Below are positions 49,611 to 62,389 of a stretch of DNA of 64,000 nt, one piece after another. The first letter of the stretch is position 1, and each line of letters begins with the position of its first letter. Origin of the DNA: Amphiscolops sp. MND2022 (taxonomy: Eukaryota); NCBI GenBank assembly GCA_964187785.1, contig OZ076409.1, positions 9,982,001 through 10,046,000 of the forward strand. Reading direction: 5' to 3'. The position numbers and the translations under genes are program-made. The notes under the pieces are model-generated. The model had not been told where the DNA came from. It searched no databases and was given only the letters and a program-made list of their open reading frames with translations.

Positions 49611-50050
49611 TTTTTGCAATGCTTGTTTTCCTAATGCTTCTCATTGAAAAAATCCTCTCTTCTCTCTTTCGATAACTTTCCCTTGCCTTCTTTCCCATCA
49701 CATTTTCCTTTCACCACTTCCTCTCCTTTTATTCCCCTTCTCTCCGTATATTAACCATACCTCCTTTTCACCGCTACTCCTTTTTATCATCCCTTCCTCC
49801 TTTCTCCCCTCTCCCGTAAGAATTTACTTTTTCTCCATTCTAACCCTTTTCTTGCATCAATCCAGCTTCTCTTAATCCCACTCTTTCTTTTATTCCCTCC
49901 TTTATCTTTATCCACCTCTCTACTTCCATTTTAACCATAATCTCCTCAGAATACACCGCTTTTTTAAACCACTCCCTACTGAACCATCATTCATCCTGAC
50001 ACTATCTTGGACCGTATTTGGTTACACTTTCTCCCTCATCGACATTCTTA

Positions 50051-53000
50051 ATGTCTGATCCTCCATCACCCCTCATTCCTCTCCCTTTTGTTTGCGAAAA
50101 CACCTCTCAACGTATTACCCGTGACATTTCTCACACCCTCTCCAAATTTCTTGACAATCTCATCTATAATATTATCGCACCTCTTTCTTTTGAAACCTAC
50201 CCAGAAAATATTTATACTACCCCCCTCATTCGTGAACACCACGACTCTTATTGATACACATTCTGTTGTTGAAACTCCTGATGAACCTCCATTTTCTATT
50301 CCTTTTACTTCTCCCATAAACCATTCTGATACCTTTAAAAAATATATCCATCATAATACCATTTATATTCCCATTGCGAATGTATTTACCACCTTTCTCA
50401 ATAACCTCCAAGAAAAAAATAATCTTTTACCTAAACATGTTTTTAATCCATCCTCAATCCAAACCCTTCTTCAAAAAAAATCTCTTTTTGATCTCCATAA
50501 TATTGACCAATTCCGCAATAATGAAAAAAAACCCTCATCACTGGCGTACTGCTGATATTCTCCAAATTCATCATTTTCAATACCAATTTTTTTCAAAATC
50601 TCACTCTCAATACAAGTACTAAAGATCAAATTCAGATATATTCTCTTTTTCTTAGAAAATTTTTCAGACATAATTGCCAACTAGTTTGGCACTCAAAATT
50701 CCAATCAGCTTGTATCAATTTCCCCAACATCTTACTAACGATGAACTTTTACCCTTTATTGATACCTCTGACAATCACCACCCTCAATATTATAATTTTC
50801 TCGAATTTCCTCCTTCCCATTTCGCCTATACATATATGACTCCAATAGTTTTGATAAAAGTCTTAACTTTCCCCCTCCCATTCGTCCTTATGCAAAACAA
50901 CACCCTCTCCCTCCTTCCATCGACAAAACTTCAAACGTCTCTCTCCAAACGCTTCCCTCCTCTTTAAATGTAATAGTTAATACAAACCCTACTACAAATC
51001 AAAACCTTCCTCCCTCTACATCTCAAATTACCACAACAACTGAAAACCTTTCTACTTCCCATACACCAAATCAATATACTACTTCTAACACTCCCCATGT
51101 AATACCTTCTAATAATGTACAACTTCCAGTTTATCAAATTCCTACCATACCTCCAATCCCTATTTCATTGAACAATACACTTTCTACTCAACCTCTCACA
51201 CAAAATCCTCCACTTTATTTCCCCCAGAATAATTCTCTAATTAATCAAAACCCTCCATTATCCTTACCTATACCGCCAAATCCTTTCAATTCCCAACCTT
51301 CTATCTCTACCCTTCAGTCTACATCATATAACCCCTATGTCTCACTTCACCATGGCTTTCAAAATTTTCACACCAATTCTTTTCAGCCACCTAATTTTCC
51401 TCCTAATCATCTTCCACCATCTAATTCTACATTACCATTTAATCCTCCTTCTTCTTACCCCTCTCCCATTTTCAAATGCCTCCATCTGTTCCTTTCGCTG
51501 CTCTCTCAGACCCCTTAAACTTTTTGATAGCTTAGATCATACTTATCCTTCTGAAAAATTCTTAGCCCACCTTAGTGCTCTTGTAACAATTCAGCTTGGT
51601 CCCCAACCTGTTGACTTTCAATCATATTTAACCTGGCATTCTCGACGCATGTCCCTCCTCTATTGTTCCTTAACAGGAAGTGCCTCTTATTGGTATGAGC
51701 GCCTCCCACAAGTTCATTAAGATGATTGGTCACCCTTCCTCCAAATTTTTATGAATCAGTTCTATTCCCAAAAACACGCATACCATGCTCAAAATGAAGC
51801 TCTTTCCCTTATCAAAAAGGAAAATGAAAATGTTCGTCACTACGCTCTTAAAGTTGAAACCCTTGTTAAACAAGTCTGGTATAATGAATACCCCTCCATC
51901 GTTAACCTTAAATGAAAAGAATTTTTCACACGTGTTCTCCCTAAAAAATTAAAAGATTTCGCCAATAACCGCCAAGTCAAACATATTTCAAGTTCACTGG
52001 AACCTTCAATTCCTTTTCATTCTCTTGTTAATATGGTTGATTCTGAAGACATCACACTTGAAAAAATCAAAACTCAAGAACTTTTTCTTGAAATTAATAA
52101 TCTTTCAAACACCTTCATACAACCTTCATACAAAATACAACTGTTCATGATTCTTCTCCCGAACCTCCACAAATCCAAGCCGTGGATCCTAATAAAATAT
52201 CTAAGCCCCAATATAAAAACTTTTGTACTTTTTGCCACAAAAATAATCACCATGTTTCAACTTGCGTTCGTAGATTCAATATTCTTAACGAATCTAAACC
52301 AGAATCTCGATCTCGAACTCCTTCCTTCTATCAACATTTTAAAACCCCCTCTAATATTCCTCAATATTCTCGCTACCGTAGTAGAAGTAATAGTAATCCT
52401 TACCGTAGATCTTCTCGTGACACTCGATATAGATCTCGCTCTTACTCGCGCTCGCATTCTCGTCCTAGATACAATGATAAATCTCACCCTCATAACTATT
52501 CGTCTTAATACAACCGTGATCGATCTAGAAATGACAAACAGTATAACCAAAACTCCCACAAATCACACTCTTCTTCTTCACGTCCATTTTATAATTCTAT
52601 CTCTTCTCGTAGTCCATTTAAATATTATCCTCGTTCTCGTGAACGTTCCACAAGTTATAGTAACCCCTCCTCTAAAAGATACAATCTCCTTATTGCCCTC
52701 CTTCCAAACCACGTAACGATCGCTATCGTAGTAGATCACATTCAAATTCAAAGAACTACTCTCAATTTCGATATAATCCCTCTATTAGTCTTACTCACCC
52801 ATCAACACCGCCTCTTCAAAATAATACTTCTACAGAACCCTAATTTGAAACTAATATGTACCAACCCACTACTTCTGCTTCACAATACTCCTCACTCTCC
52901 ACTGAACACGCTAACGCTATTACACCTTCAACTTGGTTTGTTAATTTATATCTTTTTTTATACCCAGTGAAGATACTTCGCTCCCTTCTAAATTGGAAAT

Positions 53001-53960
53001 CCTATTTTTACTCGATAATGGTGCATCTATCTGTGTTTTAAACTGACCCACCTTTACAAATGTAGCCGATCACTTTTTAAAGTGTTCAAAACATTCTCCT
53101 CATAATGATGAGTTCAAAACTTTAACTGTCGCTAATAAAACTGAAGTACCTATTTTATACAATGTCATCCTCACCCTGCATACTTCTATTCATGGAAGTA
53201 CTCGCACACTTATTATTCCTTTTGCAGTAGCAAACATCAAAGACAATATTCTTGGAACTCCTTTTTTGAAAAGTACGTTAAAACCCTTAATATTGAAAAT
53301 ATGTTTCTTACATTTAACACTCCTCATGAATCTCGTGTGAACACTGTCCCTATTACAGCTCATAAGGAAAAAGACTATCCTTATTTGTCTTACATATACA
53401 CCATCAAAGTTAAAAATAAAATCTATTTTAAACCAAACGCCTCTCAAGTTATCCATTTCCCAATCCAACCACTTCTCCCTTTAACTTTTCAAACTTCTGA
53501 TAATGAAGTTATATTTCCTTCTACCCCTCACCCATTCTTCAATACTTCATGTTTTAATTCTACCTTTAATTTCCTCCAGGTATATCAAAATATTAAAACT
53601 GAACCTACTAGTTGTTCCGTTATTATTCAAATTATCACTCATCATTCTGCTATTCTCACCCCAGGATACATCGGATACAACGAATTCCCCGCAACTAATA
53701 ATAAACCTCTCCATCACAAAGTTAAAGATGTAAACTACTTAATACACACCGTATTTCTTTCATATTACCCAGATTTATCTGAACCAAAACCTCTTCTCCG
53801 TCGTTTTTCCCTGCGCAAACCTAATGTTGAAATTCATAATTTACAAACCATCTCAAGTTTTAACCCTTCCTCTTCCTTCATTGCCGTACTCACCTGATAC
53901 TCAACAGTTCCTCAAAATATTTAAATTCCATAAGTATGATGTAACTGACGAAGAATATTT
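50051..53960 (+). pseudogene. Gag (Pro/Ser-rich N-terminus, capsid-like region, zinc knuckle, RS tract) and protease of copy D, first copy
   Basis: YPSEKFLAHLSA...WYERL capsid-like block, CTFCHKNNHHVSTC knuckle, RSRSYSRSHSR tract, LLDNGAS protease motif and DNILGTPF. Confidence 0.85.
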
Positions 53961-56890
53961 ACAACTCTGCTCTATTCTTGTTAAATATAGAAGTTGCTAT
54001 GCAACACAAAAAAATGACGTTGGTCAAATAGCCACTCCTTTTCGAGTTCGCCTCAAACCTAATGCTAAACTCCAAACCCAAAGACCACCAATTCCCAACC
54101 TTCTATCTCTACCCTTCAGTCTACATCATATAACCCCTATGTCTCACTTCACCATGGCTTTCAAAATTTTCCCACCAATTCTTTTCAGCCACCTAATTTT
54201 CCTCCTAATCATCTTCCACCATCTAATTCTACATTACCATTTAATCCTTATTCTTCTTACCCCTCTCCCATTTTCAAATGCCTCCATCTGTTCCTCTCGC
54301 TGCTCTCTCAGACCCCTTAAACATTTTGATAGCTTAGATCATACTTATCCTTCTGAAAAATTCTTAGCCCACCTTAGTGCTCTTGTAACAATTCAGCTTG
54401 GTCCCCAACCTGTTGACTTTCAATCATATTTAACCTGGCATTCTCGACGCATGTCCCTCCTCTATTGTTCCTTAACAGGAAGTGCCTCTTATTGGTATGA
54501 GCGCCTCCCACAAGTTCATTAAGATGATTGGTCACCCTTCCTCCAAATTTTTATGAATCAGTTCTATTCTCAAAAACACGCATACCATGCTCAAAATGAA
54601 GCTCTTTCCCTTATCAAAAAGGAAAATGAAAATGTTCGTCACTACGCTCTTAAAGTTGAAACCCTTGTTAAACAAGTCTGGTATAATGAATACCCCTCCA
54701 TCGTTAACCTTAAATGAAAAGAATTTTTCACACGTGTTCTCCCTAAAAAAGTAAAAGATTTCGCCAATAACCGCCAAGTCAAAAATATTTCAAGTTCACT
54801 GGAACCTTCAATTCCTTTTCATTCTCTTGTTAATATGGTTGATTCTGAAGACATCACACTTGAAAAAATTAAAACTCAAGAACTTTTTCTTGAAATTAAT
54901 AATCTTTCAAACACCTTCATACAACCTTCATACAAAATACAACTGTTCATGATTCTTCTCCCGAACCTCCACAAATCCAAGCCGTGGATCCTAATAAAAT
55001 ATCTAAGCCCCAATATAAAAACTTTTGTACTTTTTGCCACGAAAATAATCACCATGTTTCAACTTGCGTTCGTAGATTCAATATTCTTAACGAATCTAAA
55101 CCAGAATCTCGATCTCGAACTCCTTCCTTCTATCAACATTTTAAAACCCCCTCTAATATTCCTCAATATTCTCGCTACCGTAGTAGAAGTAATAGTAATC
55201 CTTACCGTAGATCTTCTCGTGACACTCGATATAGATCTCGCTCTTACTCGCGCTCGCATTCTCGTCCTAGATACAATGATAAATCTCACCCTCATAACTA
55301 TTCGTCTTAATACAACCGTGATCGATCTAGAAATGACAAACAGTATAATCAAAACTCCCACAAATCACACTCTTCTTCTTCACGTCCATTTTATAATTCT
55401 ATCTCTTCTCGTAGTCCATTTAAATATTATCCTCGTTCTCCTGAACGTTCCACAAGTTATAATAACCCCTCCTCTAAAAGATACAATCTCCTTATTGCCC
55501 TCCTTCCAAACCACGTAACGATCGCTATCGTAGTAGATCACATTCAAATTCAAAGAACTACTCTCAATTTCGATATAATCCCTCTATTAGTCTTACTCAC
55601 CCATCGACACCGCCTCTTCAAAATAATACTTCTACAGAACCCAAATTTGAAACTAATATGTACCAACCCACTACTTCTGCTTCACAATACTCCTCACTCT
55701 CCACTGAACACGCCAACGCTATTACACCTTCAACTTGGTTTGTTAATTTATATCTTTTTTTATACCCAGTGAAGATACTTCGCTCCCTTCTAAATTGGAA
55801 ATCCTATTTTTACTCGATAATGGTGCATCTATCTGTGTTTTAAACTGACCCACCTTTACAAATGTAGCCGATCACTTTTTAAAGTGTTCAAAACATTCTC
55901 CTCATAATGATGAGTTCAAAACTTTAACTGTCGCTAATAAAACTGAAGTACCTATTTTATACAATGTCATCCTCACCCTGCATACTTCTATTCATGAAAG
56001 TACTCGCACACTTATTATTCCTTTTGCAGTAGCAAACATCAAAGACAATATTCTTGGAACTCCTTTTTTGAAAAGTACGTTAAAACCCTTAATATTGAAA
56101 ATATGTTTCTTACATTTAACACTCCTCATGAATCTCGTGTGAACACTGTCCCTATTACAGCTCATAAGGAAAAAGACTATCCTTATTTGTCTTACATATA
56201 CACCATCAAAGTTAAAAATAAAATCTATTTTAAACCAAACGCCTCTCAAGTTATCCATTTCCCAATCCAACCACATCTCCCTTTAACTTTTCTAACTTCT
56301 GATAATGAAGTTATATTTCCTTCTACCCCTCGCCCATTCTTCAATACTTCATGTTTTAATTCTACCTTTAATTTCCTCCAGGTATATCAAAATATTAAAA
56401 CTGAACCTACTAGTTGTTCCGTTATTATTCAAATTATCACTCATCATTCTGCTATTCTCACCCCAGGATACATCGGATACAACGAATTCCCCGCAACTAA
56501 TAATAAACCTCTCCATCACAAAGTTAAAGATGTAAACTACTTAATACACACCGTATTTCTTTCATATTACCCAGATTTATCTGAACCAAAACCTCCTCTC
56601 CGTCGTTTTTCCCTGCGCAAACCTAATGTTGAAATTCATAATTTACAAACCATCTCAAGTTTTAACCCTTCCTCTTCCTTCATTGCCGTACTCACCTGAT
56701 ACTCAACAGTTCCTCAAAATATTTAAATTCCATAAGTATGATGTAACTGACGAAGAATATTTACAACTCTGCTCTATTCTTGTTAAATATAGAAGTTGCT
56801 ATGCAACACATAAAAATGACGTTGGTCAAATAGCCACTCCTTTTCGAGTTCGCCTCAAACCTAATGCTAAACTCCAAACTCAAAGACCTA
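51287..56890 (+). repeat. Internal tandem duplication of 2802 bp (51287-54088 and 54089-56890)
   Basis: ORF pairs 52033/54835 and 53301/56103 are offset by 2802. The junction AAGACC-ACCAATTCCC at ~54086 shows CAA microhomology. Confidence 0.95.
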
Positions 56891-58100
56891 CCAAAGTTCC
56901 CATTTACTATAGGGAAAAACTTAAAAAACTCCTCGATGGATTAGAAAACACAATATCATTCGCGAAATTGGTTCTACTCCGTCTGATAAATCCATTTATG
57001 GTACCACATTTTAAAATCCTATCATTATTATCTCCAAAGGAGATACTATTAAAGTCGTCCTACGCGCAAGACATCTCAACTCTAACACCGATCAATCTTT
57101 TGAATCTTGGCATTTTGAACCTTTAGCTCCTCAACTTGCACGCGCTAACAAAAAATTTAAATCAGCTATTGATCTCATGTATGCTTATGCTCATGCCCGT
57201 TTAGATGAGGAAACTATAACCTTAACTAGTTTCTCATCTGGAGATAAACTTTACACCTTTACCCAAGGTTTTAATTGCCTTAAAGATCTGCCCAATTTTT
57301 TCACAAAACAAATGTATTCATTCTTTCAAAAACTCATTGATCAAGGCTTTGCACTTGTTTACATCGATGATATTCTTCTTCTTGGTCTTACAAAACTCAT
57401 ATGTTAGATTTATTTGAACAATTACATCAAATTTGTTACTCTAACAATCTTAAAATTGCTCCCGAAAAATCACTTTATATTCTCCTCACTGTCAAATTTC
57501 TTGGACATGAAATTGGCAACAACACTATTAAACCCATCTCTTCTAAAGTTGATGGGATACACAAATTAAAAACACCAATTTCTAAAGCGAATGGATGCGC
57601 TTTATCGGATCAATGAATTTTTACTACTCCAAATTAATTAACAATATACATAATTCCTTAAAACCCTTTTACACTCTTCTCCATGCCGATGTTTCCTTTG
57701 AATGGACTTCTAATCTTGACAAACTTTTTAATCAAATTAAACTCTCTCTCTCTCTCTAAAGATGCAGAACTCGCTATTCCTAATACTACTCATCCATTTT
57801 ATATAACCGTTGATGCTCCCTAATTGGTCCAGGCGCAGTCTTATTTAAACCTAACTCCAATAATAAAATGCAAGTAATCTCCTACAACTCTCGTATTTTA
57901 ACAACTCAAGAACAAAAACTTTCTACATACGACAGAGAACTTTGTGCTATTACCTTTGCTTTCTTAATATGAATTTATTGTAATTGGTTCTAAATTTCCA
58001 ATAACTATCTTCACAGATCATACCCCGTTCTTTTCTTTTTCATCCGTAAAGGTAACCTTACTCCCAGACAATATAAAGCTCAAATGTTATCAACCAAAGT
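56890..58100 (+). pseudogene. Reverse transcriptase and RNase H of copy D
   Basis: IDLMYAYAH, ALVYIDDILL, VKFLGHEIG, ITVDA and LSTYDRELCA motifs, with frameshifts. Confidence 0.9.
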
Positions 58101-59129
58101 CTCCAACTTACAAATTATTCATACAGCTGGTACAATTCTTACTGTTGCTGATATGCTCAGTAGAGATTTTTCAACTAATGATAACAAAACATGCCAACTT
58201 CAACATAAAACCCTTCCTCCACACATCGATTTTCTTCAACTCAAAAATGATAACATCTTAAAACCAATTCACTATTTAGTCAAACACGAAGATGTACTCC
58301 CTACACAAAAAAATGATTCACATCTCATTCTAGTTGATTATGGTGATGATCAGTTTACCATTCGTATCCAAGATAAAGGAAATATTGTTAAATATACCCC
58401 TCTTGATTCTTTCTCTTTTCAATCTGTTTCATCATTTTCAAATAAATATAAAAAGCGTATTAGGAATAAAGTTAAAACTTTACTCCAAGAAAACCCTCTC
58501 CTAAATGAAACTGATTTATATGAAACTGACGATCCCGTCATTAAACGAAACCCTACAAAAGACTCACATAAATCTCATGAACTACACATCCTTTTCACTG
58601 AAATACAAAACCACAATTTTACTAATAATCATTTGTCTCAAGACATTTTAACCAACATTGCCAATTCCTCTTCTAATGTTACCAACAATACTAACATTAA
58701 TGCTATAACCCAAACCCCTAATAAATCTACATCTACTCACTATTTGTCATTCTTTGACCCATCATTTTTGCCCAATATAAAGCATTTGAGAATTTATTCC
58801 TACGTTCGGATACTCTTCTGACACTACCTATTCTGCTTCAAGCTCAAAAGGATGATACTGTCCATTGTACTGTCTACAAATGGTTAAAACAAAACAAAGA
58901 CCTCATTCTTTAACTCCAATTCTTTAAGCAAACTCCTTTTTTTACACGTACTATCGACAATTCCAACGCCTATATATTGACCCAAACTCACATCTCATTC
59001 AATATTATACACCTAATTCTCGAATCTTTGAAGAAATCCTTATCAAAACTCAACGTTCTATTATTCAAACCCGCATATGTTTACCATTTAAACTCTTTTA
59101 TGCTGCTTTTAATAAAACTCATTCTCATG

Positions 59130-60290
59130 GTCACTCCGGCGAAAAACTCTAGTAAAACATTTAACCAATTTTATTATATTCCTCACCTGCCTTTGAAGTT
59201 CTCGATTTTTATTCATGACTGCATTGAATGTCAAACAAATAAAAATTTATTTAAAAAAGTTAAAAATTCCTATTTAACCCCAAAATATTTCTCCTCTACC
59301 ATTATATGAAAACGCCACTCATTCTAATTACCGAATATCAATGGATACTAAAGGCCCCATTTCTCCCTTTTCTCAAAATAACTCATATATTTTTGTTATC
59401 ATTGATGCTTTCAACCACTTTGTTGTTACTAACCGAGCTCCTCACATTATTTCCAAATATGCAATTCAAACTCTTCTTCATCATTGAATTACAAAATTTG
59501 GACCCCCACAATATCTCCTTACTGACCGAGGTATTGAATATATAAACCAAGTTATGGCCCATCTATGCTCTCTCTTTTATATTAATCACTCACCTCGTAC
59601 TCCATATTCTCCCTGGATAAATGGTTTAGTTGAAGTCCAAAATCGTACCCATGGAACTCATCTACGTCTTTTTTTTACAAAACGCTCCTACGAACTGGTC
59701 ATTCCAAACTCAAATGTATGCTTACGCCTATAATACTACCCCTCTTTCTCAACTTGAACTCTCCCCTTATCAGATTGTTTTCCATACCCACCCTCGCATT
59801 CCTTTAACCTTCTCTCTTAACCTACATCGTGTTTCCTCTAACAACTGTATTGCAACATATTGTGATTCTCTTCCCTTCATACACACTATAGTACTCAAGA
59901 GCTTAACCCTTTTTTCCACTCACTCCTTGATAAACCTACCTTCTCATGGCTCTTATCTGCTGAACATGCAATGTTAGAAATATATTCAACTGTTTACCGC
60001 CATATAAATCATAAATTAAATTCTCAAAGCTCTACATTTGAAACAACCCACTTGAAACAGTTACCTCTTCATACTTTCGTTATCCATACGAGTTTTAAAC
60101 CTGTCAAATTTTCGCAAAAACTTAAACCTCTTGGGCTTGGACCAACTAAAATTCCTAAACATTTTTCTGACGTGACATATGAACTTATGTCTCAAGATGG
60201 CTCTACCGTTCAACTCATAGAAACCATATATTACCATATTATCCAAAAGAACCTGTAATTTTTCCATACCTCAAACAATACCACTCTACT
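59130..60290 (+). pseudogene. Integrase of copy D
   Basis: HSHGH...IHDCIECQ zinc-binding domain, ISMDTKGP, LTDRGIEY, PYSPWINGLVEVQN and GPTKI region. Confidence 0.88.
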
Positions 60291-62389
60291 TTTTCCCTTA
60301 TCAATATTCCCGATACTGATCCTTATCAGGACACCTTTTCTCAATTTTCTTCATTAGATATACAATCAAATCCTGATCCTCCTTCAACTCAAACTTCCAA
60401 AAAAGATACAAACAAATCAAACGATTCCACCCCTACTCCTAAATATCAAAACCTTTCATATTCTGCTTCTCTACAAGATCATTTAGATATTACACTTGAT
60501 TCTACTGACTCTGATTTGGAATTGCTTCCGAATCCAATCTATTATTCAAACTCATCCAATAATTCCTTTCCTCAAACCTTCCCTCGTAATGCTGACTCCC
60601 CAAACGTCTCGTTAACTCCTCCAACCGACCCCCAAACTGTACCCAATTACACCAGAGCTCCTCATGCCCCATACAACTTACGTTAGCTTACCCTAAACAC
60701 CCCCCTCCCCGAAATTACAATTCCTCCAGACCGAACGTCAGCTTCCCTCCATAATTTAATATTCATCCTTTAATTGGATTAACTGACTGTCCCTATTGTC
60801 CCTGACTATCCCTAGTGTCTTGACTTTTAATCAATCTGACACACGACGATGTAATTACTAACAGTTTCTTACCAACCTTTCTTCATTTTTCGTTCACGAA
60901 TTCTAGCTGAACGTTTGCTTTTCATCAATTTCAATTTTGTCTTTAAAATTCATAACTATATTTTTGTACCAAGCAGTGTACCAATCTTTGTCCAACCCTC
61001 AACACTCTCTATTAAAATTCACTACATTCCTCTTTTTGCTTCCATCCTGGATCTTACTGTCTTTTTGTCTGACTCCACGGATTCTACCTCTCAAACCCCT
61101 TCTTCCGTTTCTACAGATATTATCTTCTCACAAAATTCTCTCCAAATTTTTCAACAACCTCCTCTCAATCCTATACCCGTAACTCCCTCTTTAAAGACCA
61201 CTCCCATCAACGCTCTTAGTCATACTCCTATTAAAACCATATCCTCAACAAACTCAAACTTCTTTAACTCTTCCACTTTCAGATACTGAATTTCCTCTTT
61301 TTGCTTTTAACATATCCTCCACACTATCTCCACCTCCCTCTCTTCTTCATATTCCTGATCCTAGTGATATTGATCCTCTCTTACTCAGAAATATCAATAA
61401 TCCAACAGCAACAGCGAGCGCCTAAATCTATCCTCATTCCTACTTCCATCAAGTCTTTTCGTAGACGCTCTCAATTTGATAATTCTCTTCCAGTTCCTCC
61501 ACCTTGTTCCCATCTCCCATCCCAATCTTCACTTCCCCCACCTAAATCCTTTAAAATTCCTGCAATTGAATCGTTTGATTCCCTTCAAAAGAACACTGAT
61601 CTCAGTGAAATTGATTCAACAACTTCCTCTCTTCTTTATCCCCGTCTTTCTCCTTCTAATTCCGCTTCTAAATACACTACTTCTTCTTTAGATATCCTTC
61701 TCGAAACTACTTCTGAATCCACCATTCGCCAACCACCTCGTCATAGATACAACCTCCGTAATAATCGTCGTCCTATTCTTCTCTCGCAAGTACAAACTCT
61801 TCTCTTTTACGACATCACGCTCAATCTCTTTCAACAGACTCTCTTTCGATTCCTGATAACGCTCCAACTTCTGAAGTCGGTACTGCTTTCTCTCAACGCT
61901 CATCTCTTTCAACTTACAACGAAACTGGTCATCTCTTTTCTCGGCCAATTTCTCAACATCCTAGTGTTCTTTCATCTGATAGTCATTTGTTTAAAATTGA
62001 CCTAACTACTGATCAATACTCTACTCCCCCTACACCTAATCGTGTTGACTATCCTTTAATTGTCAACGATATGCTCATCAACAGTCCTCGTCAAGATCTT
62101 CGATTCCTATAACTTGCCACCCATAAACTTAGTTCCAATCCTTACATTTCAAATGAACGTCACCGTAAAGAATTTCACCGTCTCAATAACACAAACCTAG
62201 AAATTAAAATTGAAATTACTGCTAAATTCCCCAATTAAAGCCCCCATCTAATTCCTTCTCACACTACTGTCCACTTCAAGTCTTTGCCTCATCGTTTCAT
62301 TGCCTCTAATCTTAGTCTTTTTGAAGGCGACCATCCTCCCTTTCGCCTTTTACACGGCTCTATCACCTTTCTTGACACTCTCACCTTCT

